64,000 bases of DNA from a virus. A program made the translations under genes and the position numbers. Below are positions 51,910-62,243 of this stretch, piece after piece. The first letter of the stretch is position 1; the number at the start of each line of letters is the position of its first letter. The stretch spans positions 1 through 64,000 of IMG/VR virus record IMGVR_UViG_3300031111_000011; one strand, 5' to 3'. The notes below the pieces were generated by a model. The model saw only the letters and a list, made by a program, of their open reading frames with translations. It searched no databases and was not told where the DNA came from.

Positions 51910-52971
51910 TTACGCGAGGTCGGAAACAGCCACCTCAGCCCGTGCCATAAAGTGCTGGTTCAGGATGACGGTTGCGCTGTAAGCCTTCCATCCGGCGTGG
52001 CCTCTCTGACCCAGAGGGTCGCTGTCGGAAGGAGTGTTAGGGTTGATCACCATAGGAGTGATCGCACTCTTTCCTTTGAGAGGAACGATGCCGAAAGCGT
52101 CACGAGCGAAGAAAAAGATAGGATAGACGTAAGCCTTGTCCCCTGTTCCTTCGAGCACGTCTGTTCCTCCGGTTGCACCGACTGCGCCGAAGCTCTTCAC
52201 CACGGTGCTAACGATGTACCGCACACTTTCGACCTTGCCGATTTCGCCTTCCCAAGCTGTCATGGTTCCGTACTTTTCAGCCGGAACGAACCCTGCGAGG
52301 CCACGGATGTCCGCTTCACAGTCAGGGTGGCAAACAGCGACGAATGCCGGACTGATAGCTTCAGTTCCGTAGTTCGCAGTGGAACGAACAACATTGGTGA
52401 TAGGTTTGGCGAGGTTCCGCTTGAGTTGACGAGTGATCTGACGCTGGAGGTTCAGGGTCAGGCCGCTGTTCACCTCATCCCGTGCATCCCCGTTGGCGTA
52501 GAACACGTTGGTTCCACCCACCAGGGCGTTGTACCGGGTCATCTCGATCAGATAAGCGGCTTGTTCTCCGAGGATCTCAACAGCTTCCTGGAGAACAGGA
52601 TCTTCGTGTGTATCCTCGACCACGTCAGAGATCTCGGTACGGTCACCGTACTGAGTGAGAGTAGCGGTGATGTCTTCACTTTCAAGATCCGTTGCATCAG
52701 GCGTGATACCTTCGCTCAGGGTCTTGGCAGTGAGGTTGAAGATCTCGTCAGTCCCGTCTTGACCGTAGTATTCATACGGATTGAAGCTCGAACCCGTGAA
52801 TGGGTTGGAGTTCAGGAAGTACCGTCTGAACTTGATGGTCTTGGAACTGCGTTTCGGCAGAGGCCGAGCTTGTCCGAATTTCTCGAAAACGAGGTAAGGG
52901 GTACCTCGTTTCAGCAGGTCACGAACAACGTAAGCAGCGGTACGGGGAGAAAGAGAACCATAGGTATTCAT
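51910..52971 (-). CDS. major capsid protein (HK97-fold, 353 aa)
   Basis: Size and position (after scaffold, before terminator); Gly-rich beta-strand composition. Confidence 0.75.
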   Translation of the reverse strand: MNTYGSLSPRTAAYVVRDLLKRGTPYLVFEKFGQARPLPKRSSKTIKFRRYFLNSNPFTGSSFNPYEYYGQDGTDEIFNLTAKTLSEGITPDATDLESEDITATLTQYGDRTEISDVVEDTHEDPVLQEAVEILGEQAAYLIEMTRYNALVGGTNVFYANGDARDEVNSGLTLNLQRQITRQLKRNLAKPITNVVRSTANYGTEAISPAFVAVCHPDCEADIRGLAGFVPAEKYGTMTAWEGEIGKVESVRYIVSTVVKSFGAVGATGGTDVLEGTGDKAYVYPIFFFARDAFGIVPLKGKSAITPMVINPNTPSDSDPLGQRGHAGWKAYSATVILNQHFMARAEVAVSDLA

Positions 52972-52996
52972 TTGTTACTTGTGCCTTTCTATCAGC

Positions 52997-53932
52997 CTAC
53001 TTGACAGCTTCTTCCCAAGCAGCGTCAAAGTCTTCTTTGGCTGGACCGTCCTTTGGGGGTCCACCAGATGACCCTGGCACTGCCAACAGGTCTTGGGCTC
53101 TCCTGCTGGCCGATGGAGTTGGTTTTGGTTTTGGTTTGGATTGAGGAGACGGGGTGTTGACTCTCTTGTAAGAGTCGAACATCTCGATAACCTCTGAAGC
53201 GGACCCTGATTGGGCAACTCTCTGGAGCCCTTCCCGGAGGAAGGCAGGTTGGGCGTTGATCCAAGCTTCGAGTTTTCCTGACTCTACAATTTCGGAGAAG
53301 TCAGGGTGTTTCTCGGCAATGGCATCAAAGTGTGCCTTTGTGTCGTCTGCCTGTGATCTCTGCTCAATAGACTCGATCTTCGGGGTGATCTTCTGGAGAC
53401 GTTCATCGACCAGTGCTTCCGCTTCCTTACGTGCCAGAGCACGGAACGGACTTTCCAGGTCAGGATATTCCTTGAAGAATGCTTCAAGGTCTTCCTCACT
53501 GGCTCCATCAGGGAGGGTTGGTGTTTCACCCTTAGCCTTCAGTGCTTCAGCGAGTTTCGCTTCCGCTTCTTCAGCCCGTTTGTTGGCTGCGCGGATGCGT
53601 CCTTCCCAAGAACTGGTGCGTTGTTTCTCCTTCTCATACAGATCCTTGTAGTCTGTCTCATCAGATGACTCTGGGTTCTCCTCCTCCCCGTCACTTGCCT
53701 GACCGTCGTCAGGGGTGCGGTTGAAAAGTTCAGTGTCTTCCTCTTGAGGGACTTCAGTGTCCGTACTTTCCTGCTCAGACGTTTCCTTCTCAGAGGGATT
53801 GGCCGGTTCCTCTTCAAATTCTACGTCATCAGCAGGAGTCTCCTCCTTGATCGCTTCATCGAAAAAATCTTCAAATGTGGGGTCTTTCTTTTTTTCGTCC
53901 TTCTCCAAAGTGTGCTCCTCTACGGGGTCCAA
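52997..53932 (-). CDS. scaffolding protein (311 aa)
   Basis: Highly acidic, alpha-helical/coiled-coil; lies between portal and MCP. Confidence 0.7.
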   Translation of the reverse strand: MDPVEEHTLEKDEKKKDPTFEDFFDEAIKEETPADDVEFEEEPANPSEKETSEQESTDTEVPQEEDTELFNRTPDDGQASDGEEENPESSDETDYKDLYEKEKQRTSSWEGRIRAANKRAEEAEAKLAEALKAKGETPTLPDGASEEDLEAFFKEYPDLESPFRALARKEAEALVDERLQKITPKIESIEQRSQADDTKAHFDAIAEKHPDFSEIVESGKLEAWINAQPAFLREGLQRVAQSGSASEVIEMFDSYKRVNTPSPQSKPKPKPTPSASRRAQDLLAVPGSSGGPPKDGPAKEDFDAAWEEAVK

Positions 53933-53992
53933 TACGGATATCCCTGGTTATTGGGTGATAGGTGTCCAGGCAGGAAACCTGGGCCGGGGTGG

Positions 53993-54241
53993 TTACAGAC
54001 CGAGTGGGTTGTCGATAGTCGGGGCAGATTTGTAGGCGGGATTCGAAGACCTTCGGATACTCTGAATGAGTTGCTTATGTTCTCTGATTGCGCCTTGATT
54101 TTTCATAACGTCTTCAGTAGACGCCGAATCGTTTGCCCTGCGAAGTTTTTCAATGCGGAAGTCAAGAAGCTTCATGAAGACCTGAAAACTTTCGGTCCCA
54201 CTATGCCTACTGACTTCCCGCATCAGTTGTCTCTCATCCAA
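53993..54241 (-). CDS. hypothetical small protein (82 aa)
   Basis: Fills the portal-scaffold gap; start overlaps portal stop by 8 nt. Confidence 0.35.
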   Translation of the reverse strand: MDERQLMREVSRHSGTESFQVFMKLLDFRIEKLRRANDSASTEDVMKNQGAIREHKQLIQSIRRSSNPAYKSAPTIDNPLGL

Positions 54242-56291
54242 CAGTCACCTCTGGGATTGCGCCCTGTTCAAGTTGCTCAGGTGGTAGCTGCTCCATGTGG
54301 GGAAGCCCAGGCCGCTCTGTTGACCCTTCGTCGTTAACATGGCCGCTTGATTTAGCCTTCATGAGTTCCAGTTCGCGCATGAACTGTTTTTCCTCCTCAG
54401 CAGCGGCAGCAGCCCTTTGCTGCTCATCAGCAACCTGATCCGGATTCTTGATGAGGTTCATCTCATCCAAGTCAAGTGCCTTGGCGATTTCTCGGAGGAT
54501 CGCATCACGATTCACGAACTGCATATCGATCTCGTTGTTCGTGAGGGCAAGGAACTGGTTAAGCTGTTCGGCTCGAACTTCTTTAGCAATCAGAGAGGCA
54601 GATCCCTCGGCATTAACGCTGAAGTCGCCCTTGATTTCCGGTTTCGGATTGAACTCCATGTTCCAGAAATACATGCTCTTGATGAAGGGCTTTGTGATCC
54701 CATCATCGAAGTTCTTGACCTGATCCTTAATGGTGATGTTGGCTGATCCCATCAGGAGGCTTAGGCCAGTAGCTGTCTTGCCAGCACCTCCGAGGTGCGC
54801 CTGATCTCCGTACATATAACGGGGAACAGTGGTAACCTCGTCAGCAGTCTTCAGGAAGAATTCCACCATGGTGAGAAATTCAGAGGTATGTGACGGAATC
54901 TGGTTGACATTGATTGCCTTGGCTGAGGCTTCCATGCCCTGGCCGTTACGTCTGAAAACTCTGAATGGGTAGATGTCTTGCGGATCTTCAGCCGAGTCCA
55001 GAAGGTCGATGTTGGCCTCGATAATAGGACCGGCAGAGATGGCAGCATTATCGAGCAGAGCACGAACACTGGCGTTGAACAGGCTCTGCGGATCACGCAT
55101 GATCCGGGGGATGCCTTCACCGAAAATGCTCGTCTCGTCCTTCTCGTAGTAGTAGGTGAAATATGGGAAAGTGACCCCTTCCAGGGGACTGATCACCGCC
55201 TTGATCACTACGTCACCGAGAAGCCACACGTTGGCAGCAACCTCCATACCGAGCCTTTCCTCATCAATCTCAACGCCGTAATCCTTGAGATCCTGAGTAC
55301 TTACGAACCCCCAAAACTCAAGGAGTTCATATCGGCCTTTGGCCCCCATCTGAGTAGCCGCCTTGCTCTCACCATCCTGGCTGAGGGTCCGGAGGTCACT
55401 CTCATGGTTCTTGTACTCGACATCGCCGTCGTGGTGTGCTCGAAGGTATGCTCGAATAGCGTCCCCTTTGAAGTCCTTCCGGCCAGCAAGCTGGTAAACC
55501 TGATGCCGGTTCTTGACGTGTCGCTGGAACACAAATCGGGCATCGTCAACCCGGTTCACAGACATGTCAGGGTAAAAGTCCCAAATAGGGACAAACTCAC
55601 AGTAAGGTGAGTAGGACGTCATGGACATTGTGGCCCAGGTACCACTCTCATGTGGAACCCATCGTTTCGCCACGTTCTGTTTAATCAGTGGGCCTTTGAG
55701 AATACCCGTTCCGTAAACATTCCCGGAATGGATGACATTCCGAATGATCTCTCGATACTTGATCTCAGCGAGTTGATCTTCGATCTCCTTTTGCATCGAA
55801 TCAGATCTACGTTTCGCTTCATCAAAAAGAACTTGCTTGATCTGGTGAGGAGATGGCTCCTGGCCGTTGATTTCGGTGAGTTGGGCGTAAATCTGTTCGA
55901 CCAAATCTGGGCTCAACTCCGGAAGCGGAGTCGGGGTAATCCCCCAGTTACGGTCCCCGTTCGCTGGAAAGAGTATGTCACACACCCTGGCACTGACTGT
56001 TTTGACCTTTGTGCGTGTGATGGAAAGATTCGCCTTCGACCGTTTTGGGTGCATTTTTGAGAGAATACCAGGGTCATACTGCCCCTTGTATTGGCGAAGA
56101 TCCTTGATCCACTCCTGTTCGATTTGACGACGATCTGATTCCACTTGATCGAAGAGCCCACGGATATACAGGCCGAGAGGGGACATATAGTCCGCATACA
56201 TCGCTTTCTTTTCAGTGAGTTCTGGACTTGCCTCTTCCTCTTTCACAGCAGCGACGTAGGTCTTGTCAAACATCTGCTTTTCATGTTCCAT
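54234..56291 (-). CDS. portal (head-tail connector) protein (685 aa)
   Basis: Size and position immediately upstream of scaffold-MCP; acidic helical protein. Confidence 0.6.
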   Translation of the reverse strand: MEHEKQMFDKTYVAAVKEEEASPELTEKKAMYADYMSPLGLYIRGLFDQVESDRRQIEQEWIKDLRQYKGQYDPGILSKMHPKRSKANLSITRTKVKTVSARVCDILFPANGDRNWGITPTPLPELSPDLVEQIYAQLTEINGQEPSPHQIKQVLFDEAKRRSDSMQKEIEDQLAEIKYREIIRNVIHSGNVYGTGILKGPLIKQNVAKRWVPHESGTWATMSMTSYSPYCEFVPIWDFYPDMSVNRVDDARFVFQRHVKNRHQVYQLAGRKDFKGDAIRAYLRAHHDGDVEYKNHESDLRTLSQDGESKAATQMGAKGRYELLEFWGFVSTQDLKDYGVEIDEERLGMEVAANVWLLGDVVIKAVISPLEGVTFPYFTYYYEKDETSIFGEGIPRIMRDPQSLFNASVRALLDNAAISAGPIIEANIDLLDSAEDPQDIYPFRVFRRNGQGMEASAKAINVNQIPSHTSEFLTMVEFFLKTADEVTTVPRYMYGDQAHLGGAGKTATGLSLLMGSANITIKDQVKNFDDGITKPFIKSMYFWNMEFNPKPEIKGDFSVNAEGSASLIAKEVRAEQLNQFLALTNNEIDMQFVNRDAILREIAKALDLDEMNLIKNPDQVADEQQRAAAAAEEEKQFMRELELMKAKSSGHVNDEGSTERPGLPHMEQLPPEQLEQGAIPEVTVG

Positions 56292-56626
56292 TAGACAACT
56301 TTGACCTTGTAGAAGTAGAAGACGTGCTTGGCCCCTGAGTCCAGAGTTACTTCAAAGAGAAGTGTGTTGCTGGTTCCCTTGTAAGTGTCTCCTGGATACT
56401 GAAATGTGACCGAAACTGCGTCAGTGTGGACAGTAACCGTGTCAATAATGTCTTCCGTAATCTCTGTAGTGAGATCATCCCCTGGTTTGACTTTCCCCGT
56501 GTAGCACTTCACGTCACAACTACTGAGAGCCGTTCCGTCTGGAAGAGAGTCACTGAAGTCAAACCGGAATGGACCCCACTCATCCGAAAAGTATCGGATC
56601 TCAATGGTGTCGTTAGGGAAATCCAT
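56291..56626 (-). CDS. hypothetical protein (111 aa)
   Basis: ATGA-type coupling. Confidence 0.5.
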   Translation of the reverse strand: MDFPNDTIEIRYFSDEWGPFRFDFSDSLPDGTALSSCDVKCYTGKVKPGDDLTTEITEDIIDTVTVHTDAVSVTFQYPGDTYKGTSNTLLFEVTLDSGAKHVFYFYKVKVV

Positions 56627-57096
56627 TATGCGTACTCTACGGTGATGCCAAAGGTGTCGTTGGCGAGGTTCGGAGCACCCGCAGTGACAGTCCGACGAAT
56701 CCAGACACGTTGAGCACCTGATGCCGCAATATCGCTGATAGAGAGCTTCGAACCACTAAGAGGATGGGAGAACGAAACTCCGGAAGGTGCTGATCCTTCA
56801 GCCCCAATAGTCTGGGTTGTGCTGTCCAGGCCGATATCAAACTGGGTGTAGGAACTGGTTGACTCTGTGTCGATCCAGATCTTAACCACCACAGCGGTGG
56901 CATCCCCGGCGTTGTAAAGGTCGATAGCCCGATACTCAACATCGCCAGCAATAGCCTCAGCGGGCTCCACGTTGTCGAACAGGTTGTTGAGAGCGGTTCC
57001 ACTTACCTGATTTGAACTCCCGACACCTCCGAGAGAGGCATCGGGGTCAGAGTTAGATGCACCACCAGTGAGCCGAAACTGGAGAGAAGCAGCCAT
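56626..57096 (-). CDS. virion structural protein (156 aa)
   Basis: MAASLQFRLTGGASNSDP...; Gly/Ser/Thr-rich beta protein coupled to the 978-aa gene. Confidence 0.5.
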   Translation of the reverse strand: MAASLQFRLTGGASNSDPDASLGGVGSSNQVSGTALNNLFDNVEPAEAIAGDVEYRAIDLYNAGDATAVVVKIWIDTESTSSYTQFDIGLDSTTQTIGAEGSAPSGVSFSHPLSGSKLSISDIAASGAQRVWIRRTVTAGAPNLANDTFGITVEYA

Positions 57097-57108
57097 TGTT
57101 TCTCCTTA

Positions 57109-60045
57109 TTAATTTGGAAATGGTGTCACGCACCCGAAGGTGAACGGGATACTCTTCCCTGGCCCGATGGCCGTGGGAAGAATCAGTCCGGTGTTCTGGA
57201 AGGTGACAGGTTGTGATTCGAAACCGGCAGCAAGAGCCTCAGCTACCCGTTCGAGTTGAAGGACATTTGGTGGATTCACCAGGAACTGCTTCGAGATCGT
57301 GGAAACAATCCCTACCGCATTCGGATAAATGTTCGAAAAGATTTTGCTATTCGAGATCAACTGGAGCCAGAGCGGGATGTGGTAAGCAAAGTCCCTCGTG
57401 ATCTGGTTCAGTAGATGAAGAGCGAAATCAGAATCCACCTCTGTGAGGATGTGAGAGGCGATCTGGTTTGCGTCTACCCGGAGGATATGGGACGCACCAG
57501 GGATGCTTTGTGACTCCAGAATATGAGCCCCTGAGAGCCCTGTGGTAGCCCTCAGCAGATGAGCCGCCGAATCCATTGCTCCACTGATGAGAATATGGCT
57601 ATCAAACGACTTGGACCCGTCCACCAGGAGGTGTACCGATCCGCTCATCTGAGCAGCAGCCAAAATATGGGCAGCAGCCGAAAGGAGTGAGTTGTACCGG
57701 TCAAAAACCTGTGCGGCAAAGTCTTGTGAAACTTGATTCAGGATATGCGAAGCACCATCAATTGATCCACCCACCAGAAGGTGGTTGGCAATGTCCCTGG
57801 ACACCCCATTCAGAACGTGAGCAGCACCGTCAAAACTCTCACCAGCCATAATATGTGCTGCAAGGTCCAGATAGCGGTATTGGGTAGAAAGCTCAAAATT
57901 GGCAGTGTAGCTTCGATTCTGGTAAACACTCGTTGCAGTGAGTGGGTTGCTCGTTGTAGTAGCGTACCCTGTCCAGTTGACAAAGGCATAGCCACTGTTC
58001 GGGACAGCCGTGACAGCAGTGGAGTTGCCACCGTAAGAAACGGTTTGACTGGTGGTCCCGCTTAGTGTCCCACCTGTTCCAGCAGAAAAGGTCACATTAT
58101 AACTGGGAAACGTAGCAGTGACACTAAGGTACAGTTGGTTCGCAGTGCCATCTGGACCGTAGAAAATCGAGACAGGTTTAGGGGTTGAGGTCGGGGGCGA
58201 ATTAACCGCATCGTGGTAATCCCTGAGACAAAGCTTGGTGTCCCCGGTCTTGTTAATGTGGGATCGTCCAGCAGCGTTAAAAGTGATCGTTTTCCAAACA
58301 TTCGCCGTGGTACCGGATGCTACTGTCCCAAAAATAGTTGACCCGAAACTATTGTAGTCACTGGTTGTAAGTGACGAACTCTGTGTACCTGCGTAGCAAT
58401 ATACAGTAGAGCCTGTGGTTACTGCCGAGTCTCCTTGATTCGTGTGTGTCTTTGCCTTGAAAGAAACCGCAGTAATCGTAGCAGCACTTAAGGCCGATGT
58501 ATCGTGACGTGTGAAAGCTCGGACAATTTGGTACTTAGTACCAGCGTACGTTGACTTACAAGAGATATTGGTTGCGCTATCGACAACATACCCACCAGTA
58601 CTCCTGGCGACTCCCCAACTTGAATCCCCCAACATAGTATTACTAATTGTGCCAGCACCAGTGAGTTCCCCGTAGTAGGTGTAAGCATCAATGTATGAAG
58701 TGTTACGCAGAACTCCTGAAGTAATAGTCTCAGAAGTTGGGTATTTCACATACTCAAGAGTCCCATCGGGATTGTCACAAAGAGTATGTAGAACTGTTGC
58801 TGTAAGGGGAGTAAACTCCGCGTCAATAAGAATTGGTTGGCGAATGGTAAACTTAACGCTTCCATCCATGTCAGTGATAATGTACCTGCCGAATTCATCC
58901 GGTTGGTAATACTCCCCTGTAACTGACAGGGAATTGGCCTTCTTAACCCGCGTAATAATATGATCCTGAACAACTTGAACAAATTGCTCATAGGTTGTAT
59001 CCAGGTAACCAACCTTGCTAATATCCCACCATCGGTTTGGGTCTTTGTATACCTTCGGGATTTCACCAGTGAGGTCTTTGGTGTCAATCGCAGCACCGAT
59101 CCAACCGGGGCCACCTACGTACCCACCGATCAACTTACCGTCGCAAATGTAACCATACCCCTCAGTGGTAACGGGCTTACCGGCCAGAATCGATAGCGCC
59201 TCACAAAAAATTCGATTGATACCTCGCTTCATTGGAGCGTCTTTGATAAGAATATGGATCTTACCATCATTCATGTAGGAGGTACACGCACCAACTTGAG
59301 TCTGGTCTACAAAGTAGCCCTCTGGAAGTGTTTCGCAGATATCATCTTCAGTCCCTTTTGTTACGGACTTCCCAACCTGTTGACCAAAGCTAATTGAAAA
59401 GCGAGACTCTGCCATACGAGCAAAGACAACATTGTACCACTCAGCCGTGGTAACAATCCCGTGGGCAGACACGTCTGGATCGATAAAAGCCTCCCGAAGC
59501 ACCTGTGTGCCGGATACTTTTGGATTCTGGACTTTCAAACCCTTAAGGTGAATCTTGTATGACACCTTAAAGTCTTCAATAGGCCGGTCAACCTTAACCA
59601 TTTGGCGGGTGGAGACACGGCTGTTTTGTACAACACAATTACCGAGGTCAATAGTACATGGGTTTACTTGTGTGTTCTTTGTGAGATCTACCGGAACGTC
59701 TTGACCGTCAAACTCAATGCCCTCAATCGAAAACTCAAGTTGTTCGGTCCCAAGCTTCTGGTTTTCATCAGGTCGAAGTCCAAGGTACTTCGTTGGAGTG
59801 CCATCCGTTCGAATACCAGCACTAACAATGTTCTTATCACGTAGAAGAATCCTACCGACAGTGCTCTCAGTTTGGGCAACTTCCTCTAAAATGATTGGTC
59901 TGAGAGTCCCGTTTTCATCCTGGTAGTACTCTGGAGAACTCACGTCAAAGCACCGGTACTCCGCAAAGCCATCGTCATACGGAAGTACATCAGTAAATCT
60001 ATTTACAGGAGCATGTGAAGGAAGAAGAGGGGTTCTCTCGGTCAT
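57109..60045 (-). CDS. large repeat-containing virion protein (978 aa): beta-rich N-terminal region + InlB-B-repeat-like domain + 13 tandem 12-aa A-H-[IL]-L repeats
   Basis: Listeria/Bacteroides-repeat-like NVTFSAGTGGTLSG...SGYAFVNWTGY; then (x7-[AS]-H-[ILV]-L)x13; sits between TerL and portal. Confidence 0.7.
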   Translation of the reverse strand: MTERTPLLPSHAPVNRFTDVLPYDDGFAEYRCFDVSSPEYYQDENGTLRPIILEEVAQTESTVGRILLRDKNIVSAGIRTDGTPTKYLGLRPDENQKLGTEQLEFSIEGIEFDGQDVPVDLTKNTQVNPCTIDLGNCVVQNSRVSTRQMVKVDRPIEDFKVSYKIHLKGLKVQNPKVSGTQVLREAFIDPDVSAHGIVTTAEWYNVVFARMAESRFSISFGQQVGKSVTKGTEDDICETLPEGYFVDQTQVGACTSYMNDGKIHILIKDAPMKRGINRIFCEALSILAGKPVTTEGYGYICDGKLIGGYVGGPGWIGAAIDTKDLTGEIPKVYKDPNRWWDISKVGYLDTTYEQFVQVVQDHIITRVKKANSLSVTGEYYQPDEFGRYIITDMDGSVKFTIRQPILIDAEFTPLTATVLHTLCDNPDGTLEYVKYPTSETITSGVLRNTSYIDAYTYYGELTGAGTISNTMLGDSSWGVARSTGGYVVDSATNISCKSTYAGTKYQIVRAFTRHDTSALSAATITAVSFKAKTHTNQGDSAVTTGSTVYCYAGTQSSSLTTSDYNSFGSTIFGTVASGTTANVWKTITFNAAGRSHINKTGDTKLCLRDYHDAVNSPPTSTPKPVSIFYGPDGTANQLYLSVTATFPSYNVTFSAGTGGTLSGTTSQTVSYGGNSTAVTAVPNSGYAFVNWTGYATTTSNPLTATSVYQNRSYTANFELSTQYRYLDLAAHIMAGESFDGAAHVLNGVSRDIANHLLVGGSIDGASHILNQVSQDFAAQVFDRYNSLLSAAAHILAAAQMSGSVHLLVDGSKSFDSHILISGAMDSAAHLLRATTGLSGAHILESQSIPGASHILRVDANQIASHILTEVDSDFALHLLNQITRDFAYHIPLWLQLISNSKIFSNIYPNAVGIVSTISKQFLVNPPNVLQLERVAEALAAGFESQPVTFQNTGLILPTAIGPGKSIPFTFGCVTPFPN
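57379..57849 (-). repeat. in-frame tandem repeat (about 13 x 36 bp) encoding the A-H-I/L-L dodecapeptide array
   Basis: Periodic motifs atatgggc/atgtgagc in the DNA; protein period 12 aa. Confidence 0.55.
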
Positions 60046-60047
60046 GG

Positions 60048-61646
60048 TTAGTATCCTGCTCCGCTATCAGCGGGGGTGTTGTATCTGCTGTGACTGGACG
60101 GTCGGGCTTTGCGCTTCATTGTCCGTCCCTCACTCAATTCGAGACAAGCATACTGAAGGGCATCGTGAACGTGGGAATAGATGTTCTTCTCTGGCTTTTC
60201 CTTGTACTTCTCACCGAGACGTACACTCTGGACCACCTTTGCAAATTTGTACTCGCTGATGAATCCCTTACGAAGTGTGTTGGCAGTGAGTTGAGAAAGC
60301 TGGAATCCACTCTGCTTACGAAGAAAGAAGTTCACCGCTTCACGACGAGCCAGTTCGTTGTTTGTCTTGGCGAGTCGAGTGGGTAGTCCCGCCTGGACCA
60401 GAATGTCCATGGCAGACCGCTTGTCATTCTGCGACCTGTTCCGGGCAGCAGGGTCAATGACAAGCTCAAAGTTGAACCGCATGTACTTGTTCTTGATCAG
60501 GGGCCAAAGGTGATCTTCTGCAAACTCCTGAATAGAGGTGTTCTCTGTGACAATCTCGTCAAGGATTATCAGAGATCCTGTCGGAGTGAGTTGGCAGAAA
60601 GCCGCAGCAGGAGTGAGCCCAACGTCCACACCGATGGTGATTGGCAGACCTTCAAGGGGTTTGATTGGGCGGTCGGTCGCGTGGTACTTGTCTTGGTAAG
60701 CCTTGTAGACAGGTCTTCCCTGTCGCAGAGCGCCATAGTTATTCAGGATGAAAATATTCACCCAGTCGGGGTCAGCACCCGCTACCTGATCCACGTAATA
60801 GTCTGGATCAAGATGTTTGAACCAGACGTCAATCAAATCCCCAGTGAGTGTTCCGGATGGGTTCCTTCGGAGTGGAGTCCCGTCCTGGGTGTAGGCTGCT
60901 GCCTGGGCTGGAGGACAAAGCTCAAACAAACCACGGTCTACCGCTTCCCAGTGTCCGAGGTTGTCAGCTTCAGGATTGATCCGATAAAAGTTGTTCTCGG
61001 CATCAGCTACGATCCCATCAGCCTCACTGCACATGAGCAGTGCGGGTGGTTGGTGATAGAAGCTGTGGCGATTGGGCTGCACCTCTTCGGCAAGTCTGTA
61101 CAGCCAGTGATCCACGTCTACAGAGTTGTAGTCGCAGATAATGAAGGGATCGATGGCACCCCCGTCCATAGATGCAGGAAACCGATTGACACGGGATTTG
61201 AGCATCTGGTGGACTCCAGGAGGGATTTCAGCCGCCTCGTTGATGTGGCTTGCGGTCAACTCCAGGGACTGTAGCTTATTGACATCTTCCTCCCGGTCGA
61301 GAGCGATGAAGTTCAACTCCATGTTGACCCTGGTTCCGTCCGGAAGAGGCAACGCAACAGTCCCACGGATGGGCGCACCCATCACGATTTTGATCATGTC
61401 CTTGAACCACTGTTTCCAGGACTTCACGACTGTCGTTGCAAGAGCCGGGTAAGACGCACGAATGATCGCATATCGACTATTCCGAACCCCATCCGAGTCG
61501 GGTACCTGCTTAAGAGCATTCATGAACAGATGAAGGATACATCCACTGGACTTCCCAGATCCCACCGGGCCTCTAACGAAGAGGAACCTGTTGGGATCAC
61601 GATGGACTTTCATGAACGTATTGTTTGCGACATAGTTGATTTGCAT
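60048..61646 (-). CDS. terL: terminase large subunit (532 aa)
   Basis: Walker A VRGPVGSGKSSG near N-terminus; nuclease-domain acidic residues C-terminal. Confidence 0.85.
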   Translation of the reverse strand: MQINYVANNTFMKVHRDPNRFLFVRGPVGSGKSSGCILHLFMNALKQVPDSDGVRNSRYAIIRASYPALATTVVKSWKQWFKDMIKIVMGAPIRGTVALPLPDGTRVNMELNFIALDREEDVNKLQSLELTASHINEAAEIPPGVHQMLKSRVNRFPASMDGGAIDPFIICDYNSVDVDHWLYRLAEEVQPNRHSFYHQPPALLMCSEADGIVADAENNFYRINPEADNLGHWEAVDRGLFELCPPAQAAAYTQDGTPLRRNPSGTLTGDLIDVWFKHLDPDYYVDQVAGADPDWVNIFILNNYGALRQGRPVYKAYQDKYHATDRPIKPLEGLPITIGVDVGLTPAAAFCQLTPTGSLIILDEIVTENTSIQEFAEDHLWPLIKNKYMRFNFELVIDPAARNRSQNDKRSAMDILVQAGLPTRLAKTNNELARREAVNFFLRKQSGFQLSQLTANTLRKGFISEYKFAKVVQSVRLGEKYKEKPEKNIYSHVHDALQYACLELSEGRTMKRKARPSSHSRYNTPADSGAGY

Positions 61647-61648
61647 AG

Positions 61649-62065
61649 TTACTTAGTTCCGGAGAGTGGAATAACCTTCCCTGCGATAGGAGGAGCAGCC
61701 TTTGGTTGCTCTTGGGTAGGATTGCCAAGCATGAGATTGAGAACAGTTGTGTCCCCAGAACCCAGATTGACTTCGGTGGATTTGAGACGAGGAAAGCAGT
61801 ACCCCATCAGATCTTTCTCGATTGAGCGTCTCCACTTGATCTGATCTTCCAAACCTTCGAGTTCACCTGCCATCATGTAAGTGAAAAGAACCTGATCAAT
61901 CAGATCGAACTGATGGTCTTCCTTCAGTTGCTTCAGGAGAACTTTGGCCCGTTTCTGCTTATTATAGATCTGAGGCTTACGAGGTTTGCGTTTCGCTGCT
62001 TTCTTCTTCGGGGCTTTTTTCTTCGGAGGGGATTGACCTTCAACGGTCCACTCTTGGTCAGACAT
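61649..62065 (-). CDS. terS: putative terminase small subunit (139 aa from Met16)
   Basis: Basic KKKAPKKKAAKRKPRKP DNA-binding-like region; precedes terL with 2-nt spacing; start trimmed to avoid tRNA-Gln. Confidence 0.5.
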   Translation of the reverse strand: MSDQEWTVEGQSPPKKKAPKKKAAKRKPRKPQIYNKQKRAKVLLKQLKEDHQFDLIDQVLFTYMMAGELEGLEDQIKWRRSIEKDLMGYCFPRLKSTEVNLGSGDTTVLNLMLGNPTQEQPKAAPPIAGKVIPLSGTK

Positions 62066-62076
62066 GAAGTTCCTTT

Positions 62077-62151
62077 TGGAAGGGGCAGAAGGAATCGAAC
62101 CTTCCTGCACAGGTTCAAAGCCTGTTGGTTAAGCCGCTCACCCATACCCCT
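62077..62151 (-). tRNA. tRNA-Gln(TTG)
   Basis: 7-bp acceptor AGGGGTA/TGCCCCT, T-arm GGTTCGATTCC, anticodon loop CTTTGAA, CCA encoded. Confidence 0.7.
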
Positions 62152-62157
62152 ATAAGC

Positions 62158-62232
62158 TGGTCAGGGATGCTGGAATCGAACCAGCCGCCCCAAGCTTCCA
62201 AAGCCCAGGAGACTCCTTGCCGTTATCCCTGA
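62158..62232 (-). tRNA. tRNA-like gene, anticodon uncertain (possibly Pro-TGG); irregular stems
   Basis: Good acceptor TCAGGGA/TCCCTGA and T-arm GCTGG-TTCGATT-CCAGC, but D and anticodon arms pair only with several G-U wobbles; possible pseudo-tRNA. Confidence 0.4.
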
Positions 62233-62243
62233 TGATTTGCAGA

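Noticed and set aside
53744-54337. Plus-strand 197-aa ORF bridging the scaffold-portal junction
   Set aside because: It is antisense to two well-supported minus-strand genes.
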